Shown one piece after another: positions 23,143-36,693 of a stretch of 64,000 nt of DNA (position 1 is the stretch's first letter; each line of letters starts with the position of its first letter). Position numbers and translations under genes: made by a program. The DNA lies in contig MU058198.1 in the NCBI GenBank assembly GCA_013265495.1, positions 570,419 through 634,418 on the forward strand, in the 5' to 3' direction. This DNA comes from Vicugna vicugna (taxonomy: Eukaryota). The notes beneath the pieces were generated by a model. The model was given only the letters and a program-made list of their open reading frames with translations. It made no database searches and was not told the DNA's origin.

Positions 23143-23945
23143 TTTGTACCCAATTCGAGAGTGTGGGTTTTTTCCCCATATAAGGCAATCCTGCGACACT
23201 AACTGGGTGTCCTGTGATTCAACTCAATTCTGATACTGTCTACCTGGAGACAGCATCACATTTCACAGGTTAAGGTCTCAGTCCCACAAGATTGCCCCCA
23301 CTTCAGATGCCAATCACAAGTCCAGGCTGTTACCTTGCTTCTGACCAACTAGTTATAAATCAGAGGCTCCCACCACCACCTCCTTGGGTCCACTTAATTT
23401 GCTAGAGTGGCTCATAGAACTCAAAACCCAGTTGACTCACCAGATTACTGATTTATTACTAAAGACAATTAAAGATAAGAACCAACAGCCAGATGAAGAG
23501 ATACACAGGGTGAGGTCCTGAGCAAAGGAGCGTCTGTCCTCATGGAGTTTGGGGTCCAGGATAGCAGGACGCGGTTGTGTTGTGGTTCACCAACCCAGAA
23601 GCTCTCTGAACCCAGTCCTTTTGGGTTTTTATGGAGGCTTCGTTACATAGGCATGATGGATTAAATCATTGACCACTGGTGATTGAGTCAGCCTCCAGCC
23701 CCCTCTGCCCCTCCCCAGAAATCAGAAAGGTGGGACTGAAATTTCCAACTGTCTAATTACATGGTTGGTTCCCCTGACAACCAGCCCCCATCCTTAGGTG
23801 CTTCCAAAGTCACCTCATTACCATAACAAAAGACTCCTGGATCGCTCTCCTCACTTTGGAAATTACACAGGTTTCAAGAAGCTCTGTAACCAGAATGAGG
23901 ACAAAGACTAAATATATGCTTCTTATTATAAATCATGGTATCACA
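23143..23945 (-). mobile_element. MER21-like ERVL solo LTR, about 70 nt downstream of exon 4
   Basis: Same motifs as the 3.9 kb copy; ends ...aatcatggtatcaca (reverse complement begins TGTGA). Confidence 0.72.
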
Positions 23946-24859
23946 GTTATGTTGTCCCAACTCCTCGGCTCTATAAGTTTCAGTTATTATTTCAATTTTA
24001 GCTGGGAGAAAAGTGCTGATTGGTTTCTAAAAAATGTGTTAAGAATCAGGGATCTGGCACAGTTCAGAGAAAGAATTGGATCAGGGGAGTCCTGTCTCTG
24101 GGGGAGGCTAGAGTTATGAGGTGAGGAGGGCGCCAACCTAAAGAAGGTTTGCTTCTTAACTGTTGTGCAGGGGGTCCCACTGCTGGGTTTTCTTCCAGGG
24201 CTGGAAGCTCACCGTTTCTTTGGGGCGACGGCTGCTAGATCAGGTCGTTGGCTAGTGCCTGAGGCTTACCTGGTACTTAGCAAGTTGCTGAAGGGCTCTG
24301 GAGAGCTGAGACCAAGCAGGGAGAAAGCAGGTTAACGCCTGTGTCGTTGAGGACTAGGTTTCGTTGCTCATCACCGAAGCCCTCCCTGACAAGAGTGACG
24401 TTCATCTCTCTTCACACTGAAAAGAAGTCTAGAGATGTGCAGCGTGGGGCTGTGTGGCAGCCCCAGAGTCATCAGGGACCCGGCTCTTTCTGTCCTGCTG
24501 CTCTGTCACATGCAGTGTTGCCTCAGGCCCACATTGTTCGGAGGTGGAGCGGGGAAAGTAGGATGTGCCCTCTCTCATTCCGGAGATTTCCCGGAATCCC
24601 CCCAATGTGTCCGGTTACCTTTGTCTTGAAGGTAGACACAGGCCATGCTCAGATGTGAGGGAAGCCGGGAAAGGTGACAGTGTGGCCGTCAGATGTCGGG
24701 GCTGTGAGCAGGGAGGAGAGGGTGAACTCGATAGCAACTGGGATGTTTCCACTCCCTCTTTCTCTCAGAGTCCATCCTTGTTGAGCAGAGTGGCAGCAGA
24801 ATTGCTGGTGTATTTATACTTTTTCCTATTGTCTTCTGATCGCATTGAGTTACTATACA

Positions 24860-25082
24860 GCAGTGATTCTCTACCAGGAGGAATTTTACCCACCCCGCCC
24901 CGCCAGGGGACTTGGCAGAGTCAGGAGACATTTTGGTTATCACAGCTGTAGACGCGCTGCTGTCACCTACTAAGTAGAGACCAGAGATACTGTTAAAATA
25001 TCCTACAGTGCACAGCACAGCCCCTCTGCAACAGTATTTCCCATCCTATAAGTTCAATATTGCCGAGGTCGTGAAACCCTGA
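24860..25082. mobile_element. MER20-like hAT-Charlie element
   Basis: cagtgattctc...ggagacattttggttatcaca...gtagagaccagagatactgttaaaatatcctacagtgcacag...gaaaccctg. Confidence 0.8.
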
Positions 25083-25387
25083 TTTAGAATAAGCTAAATG
25101 CTTTCATCTGCCACCATTGTCCTTAAAATTTTGCTGTTTATTGGCTCACTTTGAGAGCTCTGAACTGAATAGAAATTTGAATCTCCAGTAATTTTTAGTG
25201 AGCTGTATTTTCTTCCTTTTAATAAATATTTCTGATTTGTAGATAAGTAGATGGCTTTGTGGGAAAATGGTTGGTCACGTTGTCTTAATGCTGCTTAAAT
25301 AATAATTTAAGTATCTTACAAGTTTTTTTTTTTGTCATAGAGTCCAATTAGTTTTAAAAAATACTAATTTTTTTTTTGCCTCTGCAG

Positions 25388-25412
25388 AATCTGTTCATGG
25401 GATCTGAAAAAG
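25388..25412 (+). CDS. VPS35L: VPS35L exon 5, 25-nt microexon NLFMGSEK(G)
   Basis: tactaat + poly-T + gcctctgcag acceptor, donor AAG|gtgagt; required to join exons 4 and 6 in frame. Confidence 0.93.
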
Positions 25413-26229
25413 GTGAGTTTTCGTTGTTGTTACTTTCTGTTGGGAAATTCTCCCGTTACCTTGAATAGAATTTTCCAAAGGAAGAAAGTTTGTAGTATCC
25501 AATCCCCATGGTATAGTTCGGTTGAAACTTATTTCATAGATTACGTATAGACGTAGTAGCATTGAAATGCATATTTAGATGATGAATGAAAAAAGAAAAG
25601 AATTAAAGAGGTTACTAGAGTAAACAGAAGCTCAGTTGCTTGACTTGGGGATCACAGAGCAGTCATCTCTCTGCGTGCCTCCTCATTGGTTGGAGAACAG
25701 CTGAAATTCTCCTTTTTAAAAGATCCTTTCCCTTGCCTTAAGTCTTTATCCCTTGTGAAAACACAGATGCACGGTGTGGGGAGTCAGACATTCTGTCTTA
25801 CCAGCCGCTGGTCCCTGGACATGGTGATTCTCAGTTTCCTCTGCTAAGACACACAATCCAAAACTCTGGACCGGGGTGTCTCCAACTTGCTGTGCAGGAG
25901 GGTTACCGGGGGAACTTTTATGCACATATAGACCAATAGGCCCCACTCTGCTTACTGAATTAATCTTGACGGCTGGGACCCAGGAATTCCTCTTTGGAAG
26001 CTCCTAGGTGATTCTGAAGCCACCGACGTAGATCCTATACCACTAGGGGGCAGAGGAGCACAGCTGTGGTTTTTGTGCACATCTGTGCACATCGCTGTGT
26101 GGCAGCTTCAACTCTCCCCATTCTCTGCAGGCTGAGACAGCACATTAGAAATCAAGAGAGTGGGTGCACCTTTGTTACGGGCATGACTTTGACCCCAAAC
26201 CGTAAAAAACATAACTAATACCATTGCAT

Positions 26230-27170
26230 GTCTACCACTTTGGAGTGATCAGAAAGTGACGATGTCACCTGCTGGTGAGAATGTAGAGCAACAGGAACTC
26301 TCACTTCCTGCTGGTGGGAGTGGAAAATGGCACAACCACTGTGTGAAGCACTTTTGCATCATCTGCTAAAATTGAAGATGGGCCAACCCTTTAACCCAGC
26401 CATTCCACTGTGAGGATATACCCTAGATCAGAAATTGGCAGACTACATCGTGGAGGCCAGATCTGGCCCTCTGTTTGATTTTGTGTAAATAAAGTTTTAT
26501 TGGAACACAGCCATACTGGTTTGTTTACATATTGTCCCTAGCTGCTTTTATGCTATAATGGCAGAGTCAGGTACTTGTGACAGAGACCATGACTCACAAA
26601 AGCTAAAATACTTATATGTGGCCCTTTGTAGGATGCGTCTTTTCAACTCTGCCCAGCTGCATCTTTCTTAAAGTGTGGTCCAAGGAGCAGCAGCATTAAC
26701 ATCACGTGGGAGCTCATTAGAAATGCAGTCTCAGGTCCTGCCAGACCTACTGAAAATCAGAATCTGCATGTTAACGTATCCTCAAGTGATTTCTGTAAAA
26801 GTCTGAGAAGCACTACCCTGAAGAAATGCATGTGCGTATGAACCAGGAGACACGCACAGAAATGTCCGTCGTGGCATTGTTCAGAGTAGCCCCACAGAGA
26901 ATGTAACCCTCACATCCATTGACAGTAGAATAAGAAATAAATTGTGATGTCTTCACTCAATAGGAAATACTAAACAGCAGTGAAAATGAGTGAGCTGTGG
27001 CTCTGTGCAATGACATGGGTAAATGCCATGAACTGAAGTCAGTGGTGAATGAAAGAAACAAGTCAATCTATGAGCTGGGTGGTGGCTACAAAGGCTTTAT
27101 AATGATCTGTTAAAATGTACGTATATGCATGATCTGCACTGTATTTCAAAATGAAGGAAAAAGTAGAAAC
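26230..27170 (+). mobile_element. Old L1 (L1MC/ME-type) 3' fragment interrupted by MER58A-like (about 26427-26655) and MER5A-like (about 26660-26820) elements
   Basis: L1 motifs (gctggtgggagtggaaaatggcacaaccact...ccattccact) resume after two hAT fossils (taaataaagttttattggaacacagcca; gggagctcattagaaatgcag). Confidence 0.7.
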
Positions 27171-28010
27171 AAGGTAAAAAAAAAAAGCAAATGCCTTGGA
27201 AACGTCTTAACTTTAGTACTTGTTAAAAAAATGTACCATTCTCTCAGCTGATCCCAGACAAATCTGTGAGTGTAGTTAACACCAGAGCTAAGAAACCAGT
27301 GCCCTAAAAGAATAAAATTCAGTTCCTGAGAGTGAGCTTGGTAGGCAGGAGCAAGGGGACCTCAGATCATGGAGAAAGGGTTCTGAAGTGAGGGGCAGTG
27401 ACGGGCAGCAGCTGGCTAGGCAGAGAGCCCTTCTGTGTGACCGGCCCACGGCCTGGAGTCCTTTTCTTCTCTCGCTGCCAGTCCTGCTGATGGGAAGAGT
27501 TACGCTGGCAGATGATGGAAGGAGGCTTACTAGTCCTGTCTGCTTGGAGAGGGGGCTTTGAAGCCCTCATGTTTCCACCTCTGGGCAGACAGTGAGATGG
27601 TTTTTTGTTAGTTCTTAGTACAACAATTCTACACTGTGAGCATGAGCCTGAGAGGGCCTTTTGTTCATGGAAAACAATTAAATGACAGATTTTTGGCATC
27701 CTTATCTGGACCGCTTTTCTTTGGGAATAAACAAATGATGCAGTGAAAAGTTTGTAAATATCGAATGTCATGGAACCTTTTCGAGGCTGGCCCGCTGTGC
27801 TCCCACGGGCAGCTCCTAAGCAGAAATGTGTCCGAGGGAACTTGGGTTATGTAAGGATGTCCATTTCAAAATCTCAGAGAATTTTTTGTAATGAAATTGC
27901 TCCCTGGCCTCTTTATTCATGATGAAGCATAAAGTGAAAGATGCTTTCCTTTGAGGGTATTGGGGACAGAGGAAGCCACCACCTGTGTGACGTAAATCTG
28001 TTCTGTTTAG

Positions 28011-28087
28011 GCAAAGCGGGGACCGCCACATCTGCCATGTCGGAGAAGGTTCGCACCAGACTGGAGGAGCTGGATGACTTTGAAGAG
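28011..28087 (+). CDS. VPS35L: VPS35L exon 6 (G)[25 protein letters not shown]
   Basis: Acceptor ttctgtttag, donor GAG|gtgagc; 77 nt. Confidence 0.96.
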
Positions 28088-28709
28088 GTGAGCAAGTCAT
28101 TTGCTGAGCGCGGGGGTGGAGTGGAGCTTCAGTCCTTCTGCCCAGTGAGGTCAGTCCCGGCGGCTGCTCTGTGATTCATTCTTGAGCTGCTCATTGTGCT
28201 CAGTCCTCCTGAGGCACCAACTGATCCCGGGCAAGATGCCAGTGGGGGAGACTGGCCGAGCTCACAGGAGCCTGCCTCGGGCTGGCTTTCCGGAGGCATT
28301 TTTCTCACTGTGACGCCTGAGCAGACCCGGGGCGTCTGGGGACAGGGTCTGACTGTGGAAGCCAACTGGAGCCATCTCCCGGGAAGCCGCCTCGCCTGGT
28401 ATAGAATGACCACGCCTGCTGCAGAGCTCCGCTGCTGGGTACAGCCCACGGGGATCTTTCAGTTATCCTGCACGTGCTTGGAAAGAACGTGACTTATTTC
28501 CCCACTCATAAAAATTTGTAAATTTTAACATACAAATCCAGATTTCTGGCTTCTTGTAAATTCCGCCTGGTAACCGTGGGCCCACATTCTTGCATCTAGC
28601 CTGGGTGTGCGTGCACCGTCCGGCGTGCATAGCCCTCCCTGGCCTGACTCACTCACAGACGTTATTAGCCTGGTCCATGGGGACGGGCGAGTCTCTGGAG
28701 TGTCTTTCA

Positions 28710-28990
28710 GAGAGGCAGCAAAGCATAGTGGGGAAGAGGCCAGACTGGGACCAAGCTGCCTGGGTTGGAATCCCAGCTCTACCGTTTAGTAATTCTGTGA
28801 TTTGGGGCAGGGAGCTTAAGTGCTTGAGCTCTGTGCCTCAGTTTACTTATCTGTAAAGTGAGGATACTACCCAGTACCGGCCTCTTAAGGTTGTCATAAG
28901 GCATTAAATGACTTAATGAGTGTGAAGTGCTCAGCCCAGCACCCAGCCTGTGGCGCTTGCTCTGCAAGTGGTAACTCTGTAACTGTCACC
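28710..28990 (+). mobile_element. MIR SINE
   Basis: tgggttggaatcccagctct...ctctgtgcctcagtttacttatctgtaaagtg. Confidence 0.75.
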
Positions 28991-31080
28991 ATTCAGAGAC
29001 TAGAGGCCTTGGCTCGACTGCTTATTAACAGGGTGCCCTTGGGCATTCGCCTTCCTGAGCCCAGATCCTCGTCTGTAAAATGGGGATAAAGGATACAGAT
29101 GTGTGGACTGAATGGGGATGCTTTGACTCTGTAAGGGGCCATCTAACGGCAGTTGCCACTGCTCTGTTCCACATCTTTTCGCTGGCTTCAGGGTCCCTCC
29201 AGCTCTGAGACCAGAGCTGTTAGGTACTCAGCAAGAGTCTGATAGTCCAGTATCTTATTCCCCAGTTCAGAAAGGACATGTTCTGAATTAGGGTGCTCAA
29301 GAGTCTCAGTCTGCATGTCATCCGCCAACTCTGGCTGATAGGAAGGGAATTGCTAAGGGTTTTATTCAAAGCTGTTTAGTCTGAAAGTCACTTGAGCTGG
29401 CTTATGTTGAAAATGAAGACTATATTGAAGGATACAGGGAACTTCCCTGAACCCAAGGACACAGTGGCCTGGAGCTGGGAACTGAAGAACCCCCCAGAAC
29501 CCCAGCAGCTCTCCTCTGTCTCTCTTGGTTCTATGGAGCCTCCTGTCACTGACTCTCTTTCTAGTTCTCCATTTCCCACCTCCCTGCACCCCCGGCCCAG
29601 CCGACTGGTGTTCTTGCTTCTCCCTGCTCACGGCAGCAGATGGCTGCCCACGGCTTCCATGTTGACAACATATTGGTCAGGGTAAGGCTAGGTTGTGCTG
29701 TGGCAACGGGGGAACCTCCATATCTCCGTGGCTTAGTACAGCAGAGGTTTGTTTCTTCCTCACATTATTTATCCAGTGTGGGTGACAAACACCACCATCT
29801 CATGATGCCACCATCTTGACAGGTGGCTTCCAGGGTTGTCACAGCAGAGCTGAAGAAAGGGTCACTTGTCACTGCCTCAGCCCAGAAGGGACACATGCCA
29901 CTCTGCTCACAGACCATTTGCCCAAGCCAGTCACGTGGCTCTTCCGACTAGAGGGGCAGGGAAGACCCTGTCTCACAGTTCAAGTGACTAGTTGGGATCA
30001 ACCTAGATTTTCTGAACCTTCTACTTGTATTTCTTTAATAAAGAATTCTTCACTTTGGATTCCAGAGAATGTTCATATAAAATAGATTTGCTTCCTGGTC
30101 CCCTCATGCGGATTAGTTTGACCTTCATTCCTGTGAGCTGTGTAGAGAGCATCTTAACAATAGCCGAGGATTAATGAGTACGTCCTGTGTGCCAGGGTGG
30201 CGCTGAGTCCTTACACACATTGTCATTTCATGCACGTGATGATCTTGCCCTCCTCTGCCGTGGTTTTTGCTGTGGTCGGCTTTCTCTCCTGACTGCTCTC
30301 TCCCTGGGCTAATTTACAGCCCTCCATTCCCTAGTTAACACCTGTGCACCACTGAGAGTTTGTGTCAAGCATCAGTTCCTCCAGGAAACCATTCATGACC
30401 ACCAGTCTAGAGTCCATTCTGAGATGAGCCTTTTCCCCTACATTTGAATATCCCTAAAGTCGGGCTGTGTCACTCTGTTGATACATGTCCACAATCAGCA
30501 ATTTTCTTTCCTTAGTGGTACATGAAATGGTTGTGCTCCCCACAGTCAGCACCTCAGATTCAGAGAACTGATATGTGTCTTCACAGAATTGTTTCCTCCA
30601 GCATTTATCTCAGTTTGTATTAATGTCCATCTTGTCCTCTATACCTTAAGCTCCATTAGTGCTGAAATAATGTCTCTCTGCTCGCCCTTGTATCTGGAGC
30701 ATCTGGTAGACCATACCTGCCTGGCATACAGTAGGCCCCAATAACTTTGTTGAACAAGCTAAGTCCTGTTACCACTGTTCACAGATGAGACTCAGGGTGG
30801 AAGGCAGCTCACCCAGAATCCCACGGCCAGGAAGTGGCTGATCTGGGAGTGGGCTCAGGTCTGACTTGTGTCCAGGCCAGTCTCTCAACCGCTGCACTCT
30901 GCCCATTGCAGAAAACTCAAAAGATCCTCTTTGATCACAAGACAAAACCGTCTTGTTGCCTGGTGGGATTATGAGGACAACTGAGACATTGAAACTTGGC
31001 TAATACTCATTGTACATGAGGGTGGGGGTCCAACAGTTTTTTACTTCTGTAACTATATCTTTTCTGCTTTCTGCCCACAG

Positions 31081-31209
31081 GGATCCCAAAAGGAACTGTT
31101 GAATTTGACTCAGCAGGATTATGTGAACCGCATAGAGGAGCTCAACCAGTCACTGAAGGATGCCTGGGCCTCAGACCAGAAAGTGAAGGCTCTAAAAATA
31201 GTCATCCAG
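31081..31209 (+). CDS. VPS35L: VPS35L exon 7 [43 protein letters not shown]
   Basis: Acceptor ttctgcccacag, donor CAG|gtcaga; 129 nt. Confidence 0.96.
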
Positions 31210-32514
31210 GTCAGATCTAGTGATTTTTTTTTCCAGAATTTCCTTTGTAAATCTCCTTTGTGAATAATTAGGATTTTCAGAGGTCTGCCCTCAGGGTCTT
31301 ACCCTAATTTTTTCATCTGTTCCATTTTCACATACTTCCTATGAAAGGCCATGATTATGAATTGTGTTTTTATGAGATGGCTTATCTCAGGGCCGCCATG
31401 TGCAGCTGCACAGGTTGTACACTGTACAATTCTAGGAAATTTACCCTAGATTACAGAGTTAATGATGCCCCCCTGGGTTATATAGGCCCTGATACAACCC
31501 CTGACACATTTATGATCCACCAGCTATCTTTTGGGTTTCCTTGACCAGATTTTCTGTGTATCTCTTGGACTGATGGCTTTGTGTCCCTGATATATGCATT
31601 TGGGGAACATGTTCTGAATAACAGTATGACAAAGAAAATGTGTCTACAGTGTTAGGAGAGGTACATTTGTTGAATCTTCTTTGGTGGTGAATTTGTTGAT
31701 CCATGACAACTCTTGGATCACAACAGCAAGGTCCGTAGGGAAATCAGCTTATCCTGTTTTCTTGACTCTTAAGATCATCCTGTCTTGGCAAAACATGCTC
31801 AGAAGTACACTGTAAAAGGAATAATGTGTGCATGATGGTTTTCGGAGCAGCGTTAATAAGAATTTCTAAATAGCCATTTGCTTTCAAAAGAACAGATCTC
31901 ATTCTTGTTTAATGTCACGGGAATATGACATTTGTTTTCACACCTTTTTCTCTGGAAAGAGGGCTAGGAGAGTCTGGGAGTCTTTACACTGGGTGCTTGA
32001 AGTCTTTTAAGATGATACTTTGTATGGTAGATGCTGGGTTTTTTTTGTTTTTTTTTGTGTGTGTGTGTGTGTGTTTCATGACAGAGGCAAACCTGAGCCT
32101 GTTTCCCTGCTGTTGCTGTTGTTAGTTGACAAAGAAAATACTCGTGAAGAAGGGTTCTCTCATCCTGGAGACATGTGTTGGGGCTTGCTTGCTGAGTGGC
32201 TCAAGTGAGAAAAATATCTAAACTAACAAGAGCTTCTTCAAAACATTTTTGTTGGCAACATCTCTCCATAGAGTATTGTAATATCAAACTGTGACTTCTA
32301 AGAGTTTCACATCTGGAGGAGATTTGATTCATGTCTTCCCAAAGAAAATAACCAGGAAACTGTTTAATTAACTCCACATCTGGTTAATAGTAATAATTTG
32401 ACTTTAATACGTTAAAGACTGCCTTCTTTATCCAAAAAAGCTAGCAAGGCACAGAGTACAGAGAAAGGAACTCGATTCTCCTTATTTGCTCTGCAGTAAG
32501 ATTTTATTTTGTTT

Positions 32515-34300
32515 TGCTTTTTCAGCTTTATTGAGATATACTTTACATATCTTAAAATGCACCGTTGTAAATGTACAATTCAGCAACTTTTAGTAAGTTT
32601 CTAGAGCTGTGCAGCTATTGCGCAATCCAGTTTTAGAACATTTTCATAAGCCACCATCCCTTCCCCCTGAATAAAATAATGCCATTTGCAGCCACATGGA
32701 TGGACCTGGAGATTGTCATTCTAAGTGAAGTAAGCCAGAAAGAGAAGGAAAAATACCATATGGTATTACTTATATGTGGAATCTAAAAAAAAAGGGACGC
32801 AAATAAACTTATTTACAAAACAGAGACAGACTCACAGACATAGAAGACAAACCAGTGGTTACCAGGGGGAAGGGAATAAGGAAGGATAAATTGGGAGTTT
32901 GGGATTTGCAGATATTAACTATTATATATAAAATTGATTAACAACAAGGTCCTACTATATAGCATAGGGAATTTATTCAGTACCTTGTAATGGCCTATAA
33001 TGAAATGAAAAGAATATGAAAAGGAAAATATGTGTGTAAATGAATCACTGTGGTGTATACCAGAAATTAACACAACATTGTAAACTGACTATACTTCAAT
33101 AAAAAAATAAATAATACTGCTATGGACAATTGCATACAAATCTTTGTAGGGACATATATTTTCATTTTTCTTGGATAGATTCCAAGGAGTGGAATTGCTA
33201 AGTCATATGGTAAGTTTATGCTTGACTTTTGAGAAATGGCCAAATTGCTTTCCAAAACAGCTGCACCATTTGCATTCGCACCAGCAGCGTATGAGCGTTC
33301 CAGTTTTTCCGTATCTTTTCAGTCGTTTGTTACCCGTCTTTTTGATTATAGCCATTTGAGTGGGTTTGAAGTAGTATCTCACTGTGGTTTTAATTTGCAT
33401 ATACCTGCTGATTAATGATATTGAGCATCTTTTTATATGCTTTTTGGCCACTTTTATGTCTTCTTTAGTGAACTGTCTATTTAAGACTTGTCCATTTAAA
33501 AAATCAGATTATCTTCCTGTTGAGTTGTAACAATTCTTTATCCTTGATACAAGTTCTGTATCAAATAGATGATCTCCATGTATTTTCTCCTTGTCTGTGG
33601 CTTGTTTTTTCATTTTCATAATGGTATCTTTTGAAATATAGAAGTTTTTAATTTTAATCAAGTCGAGTTTATTACTTTTCTCCTTTTTGGCTCATGCTTG
33701 TGGAGTTGTGTCTAAGAACTCTGCATAACCCAAGGTCATAAGAATTTCTTCCTGTGTTTTCTTCCAGAAGTTTTATGGGTTTTGCTCTTTTATCTAGGTT
33801 ATATCCTCCATTTTGAATTGTTTTTGTGTGTATATTATAAAGGTCTAAGTTTTTTTTTTTTCATGTGGATATCCAGTTGTCTCAGCCACATTTGTTGAAA
33901 AGACTTTCCCTATCGAATTATCTTGGCACCTTTGTCAAAAGTCAGTTGGCCATAAAAGTAAGGGTTTATTTCTGGACTCTCAATTCTATCGCATAGATCT
34001 AAGTTTGTCCTTATGCCAGTACCAGACTCTTTCATGATTACTGCAACTTTTTGGTAAGTTTTGAAACTGGGTAGTTTAAGTCTTTTAACTTTGTTCTTTT
34101 TCAAAATTGTTTTGGCTTTGCTGAGTCCTTTGCACTTCTATGTGAATTTTAGGATCAGCTTGTCAATTTCTACCCCCCCAAAAAAACAAAAAACCCACAA
34201 AACCTTCTGGGATCTTGAGAGGGATTGCACTGACCCTATAGGTCAATTGGAGAGATTTGCCCTCTTAGCCATAGTTAATCTACTGATGCATAAATGATAC
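32515..34300 (-). mobile_element. Old L1 (L1MA/MB-type) 3' region with decayed ORF2 C-terminus, interrupted by a younger sense L1
   Basis: Track ORFs 33067..33255, 33203..33451 and 33910..34104 (-) are degenerate ORF2 peptides (LPYDLAIPLLGIYP; IESPEINPYFYGQLTFDKGAK). Confidence 0.88.
32668..33112 (+). mobile_element. Younger cetartiodactyl L1 3' end nested in the old L1
   Basis: aataaaataatgccatttgcagccacatggatggacctggagatt...acattgtaaactgactatacttcaataaaaaa; highly similar to the copy at 37.0-37.5 kb. Confidence 0.88.
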
Positions 34301-36693
34301 AACATTCATTCTGTTGATGGGCATCTGGTTCTTTTCTTTTTCCTTTTTCATTATTATGAACAGTGCTGTGAACACTGAACGTGTCTGCTGGTGACCATGT
34401 AAAGCGTTTCTCTAGATGAACGCCTGTCCTTATGAGTGGAATTCCTTGGGTTTGGGGTGTGTCTCAGTCTGACTTGCAGACGATGCCGGCTTACTTCCTC
34501 CAGTGGCTGTGCCAGCCTGCACTGTTTGAGCAGTGGGAATGTGAGAATCTGTGCTGGTCAGCAGCCTACCAACATTTAGTGTGAGCAGACTTTCTATTTC
34601 AATTTTTCTAATTTAGGAGGTAATAAAATTATATTTATTGTGGTTTTAATGTGCAATTTCCCAATTATAATATGATTGAGCATCTTTTCACGTGTTTGTT
34701 GGCCACTGGGATTTCCTTTTTTGTAAAATGCCTTTTGTTGATTCCTTTTGCTCATTTTTCCATTATGTTATCTGTATTTATCTTATTGATTTTTAGGATT
34801 TAAACAATATATATTCTGGGTAGTAATTGTCCTCTGATTAATTAGTCTGCTTTCTCCTTTCCTTCTTTCCATACTTCCTTCCCCTCCATCCATCTGTCCA
34901 TCCAGTTGTCCTTTCTTAGTACTCAGCCAACAGTTATCTTTTCAATTTATCCATTTGCTGTGTTTCAATTTTTTTTTTAAATTCCAGCTTAATTTCAGAA
35001 ACTGCCAGTTGTCCTTCTAGAATATTGCTAATTGGAATCAAATGAAAAACACTCTTTTAGCATTTTTTTCTGCAGTGTTAGTAAGTTCGATAGCAAGTAT
35101 TTCAGGCAGAGTAATGTATCAGTCACTTGCTCAGGAAATGTTTGTAACAATGGTTTTCAACCTTGGCTGTATTTTAGAATCATTTGGGAGCTTGAAGAAA
35201 TTCTGGTGTCCAAGCTGCACCCCTGACCAGCTTAATCAGAACCTCTGGGAGTGGGACCAAGGTGCCTTTATTTTTAAAAGCTCCCCAGATGATTCCGAAG
35301 CTGAGAGCCCCTGGTTTGTAGAATACTTTTTCCTTTCCGAGTGTGATGCAGATTGTGGATCTCATGAACTCAGTGTTTCATTGAGGCAGTCACCTGGGGC
35401 CCTTGTTAAAAATTCTGACTCCCTGGTGCCTTGGTTTGGAGCAGGGAATCTGTTTTTGAGCACACACCCTGGGGGTGCCTGATTTTTATTGATTTTTGGA
35501 AACTGCACCAAAGTTAAAAAAAAAAAACAACTGTGGAATCTTCAAAATAGTGATTTAAAATGTAACTTCAATTCATAACATTATTATGACTTTAACTTTG
35601 GATTAAAAAAATTCTGCTTCCTGTTATCTTTATAAAAATACTTGTTTTGTGACACCAGCTTGGGAGGCATGTCAACGCACAGGTGTTGGGAAGTCCCAGC
35701 TGTGTTTAATCTGAAATCCTCATTTTGAATTCTCTCTCCTCCTCACCCCACCAGTGGGTAGTAACCATCTCTGAGGGGCTCTGGGTAGGAACTTAAGACA
35801 TGTCACATCCCTAGGAACCAAGAGCTGTTTGTTTTTCCCAAGCCCTGAAATCTCATGGGGTAAGTGTTTATTAAGTTGGAGCTCTCATAAAGGGCATGCG
35901 AAAAACACAAAGCAGGGTGTCAGGAAGTGGAGTTCTGTGTACATCCAAGTGCCATACTTAGTATCAATGCCGTTCTTTCAACAGCTTACATTCCACTCAC
36001 CTCCAGCCCCCAAATAACACTTGGACTGTAAGAGGATGTTTCACAAATTGGATGCTTGTTTACTTTTAGTCATGTGATGCCAAGGAGAAACTTGATGAAT
36101 CTAATAATTTAGATATTGGTTAACAACATACTAAAAAACGCATGTCAGCTGACATCTTGATGTGATGAACTTTCTAGGCATTTTCTGCATGTTGGAAGTG
36201 CATCCGTTTAGAAAGGGCCCCCCTTTTTAAATGTCCAAATGGTTTGTTTCGATGTGACATTTTTTCTGTCTGAGAGAATGATAAAATATGGCAAGGTTAT
36301 CCAGTACCTTATCCTGACTTTTGAATTTGTAAAGACTTCAGGGCATTACTTCTAATTCTTCAAAGTAGAGAGAGATTTTTGTTTCTGATTATATTAGATG
36401 ACTTCATCTGGGGTTCTGGGGGCCGTGTTGTGTAGCTGCAGTCTTCTGTTATGAGTCCTGAACGTGCTGATGGCCCTCTGGCGTGAGTGATAGCTGAGGC
36501 ATTGAGCAATTCCCTGCAAAGCCAAAGTGTTCCCAGCGTTGCAGAGTTGAGTTCCAGAGAAACATGCACTCTTTGAAGCTTGTCATGTTTCCTTTTAGAA
36601 GGAAAAGTGATGCTAGTTTAAAAAATCCTAGAGATTTACTATCAGGGTCATCTCATAGAAAAAAAAAAAACATTTAAGAATGAAGACCATTCT

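Noticed and set aside
3880..23945. Three similar about 0.7-0.95 kb segments as a segmental duplication or paired proviral LTRs
   Set aside because: They are diverged, independent MER21-like solo LTRs; host exons rather than gag/pol lie between them.
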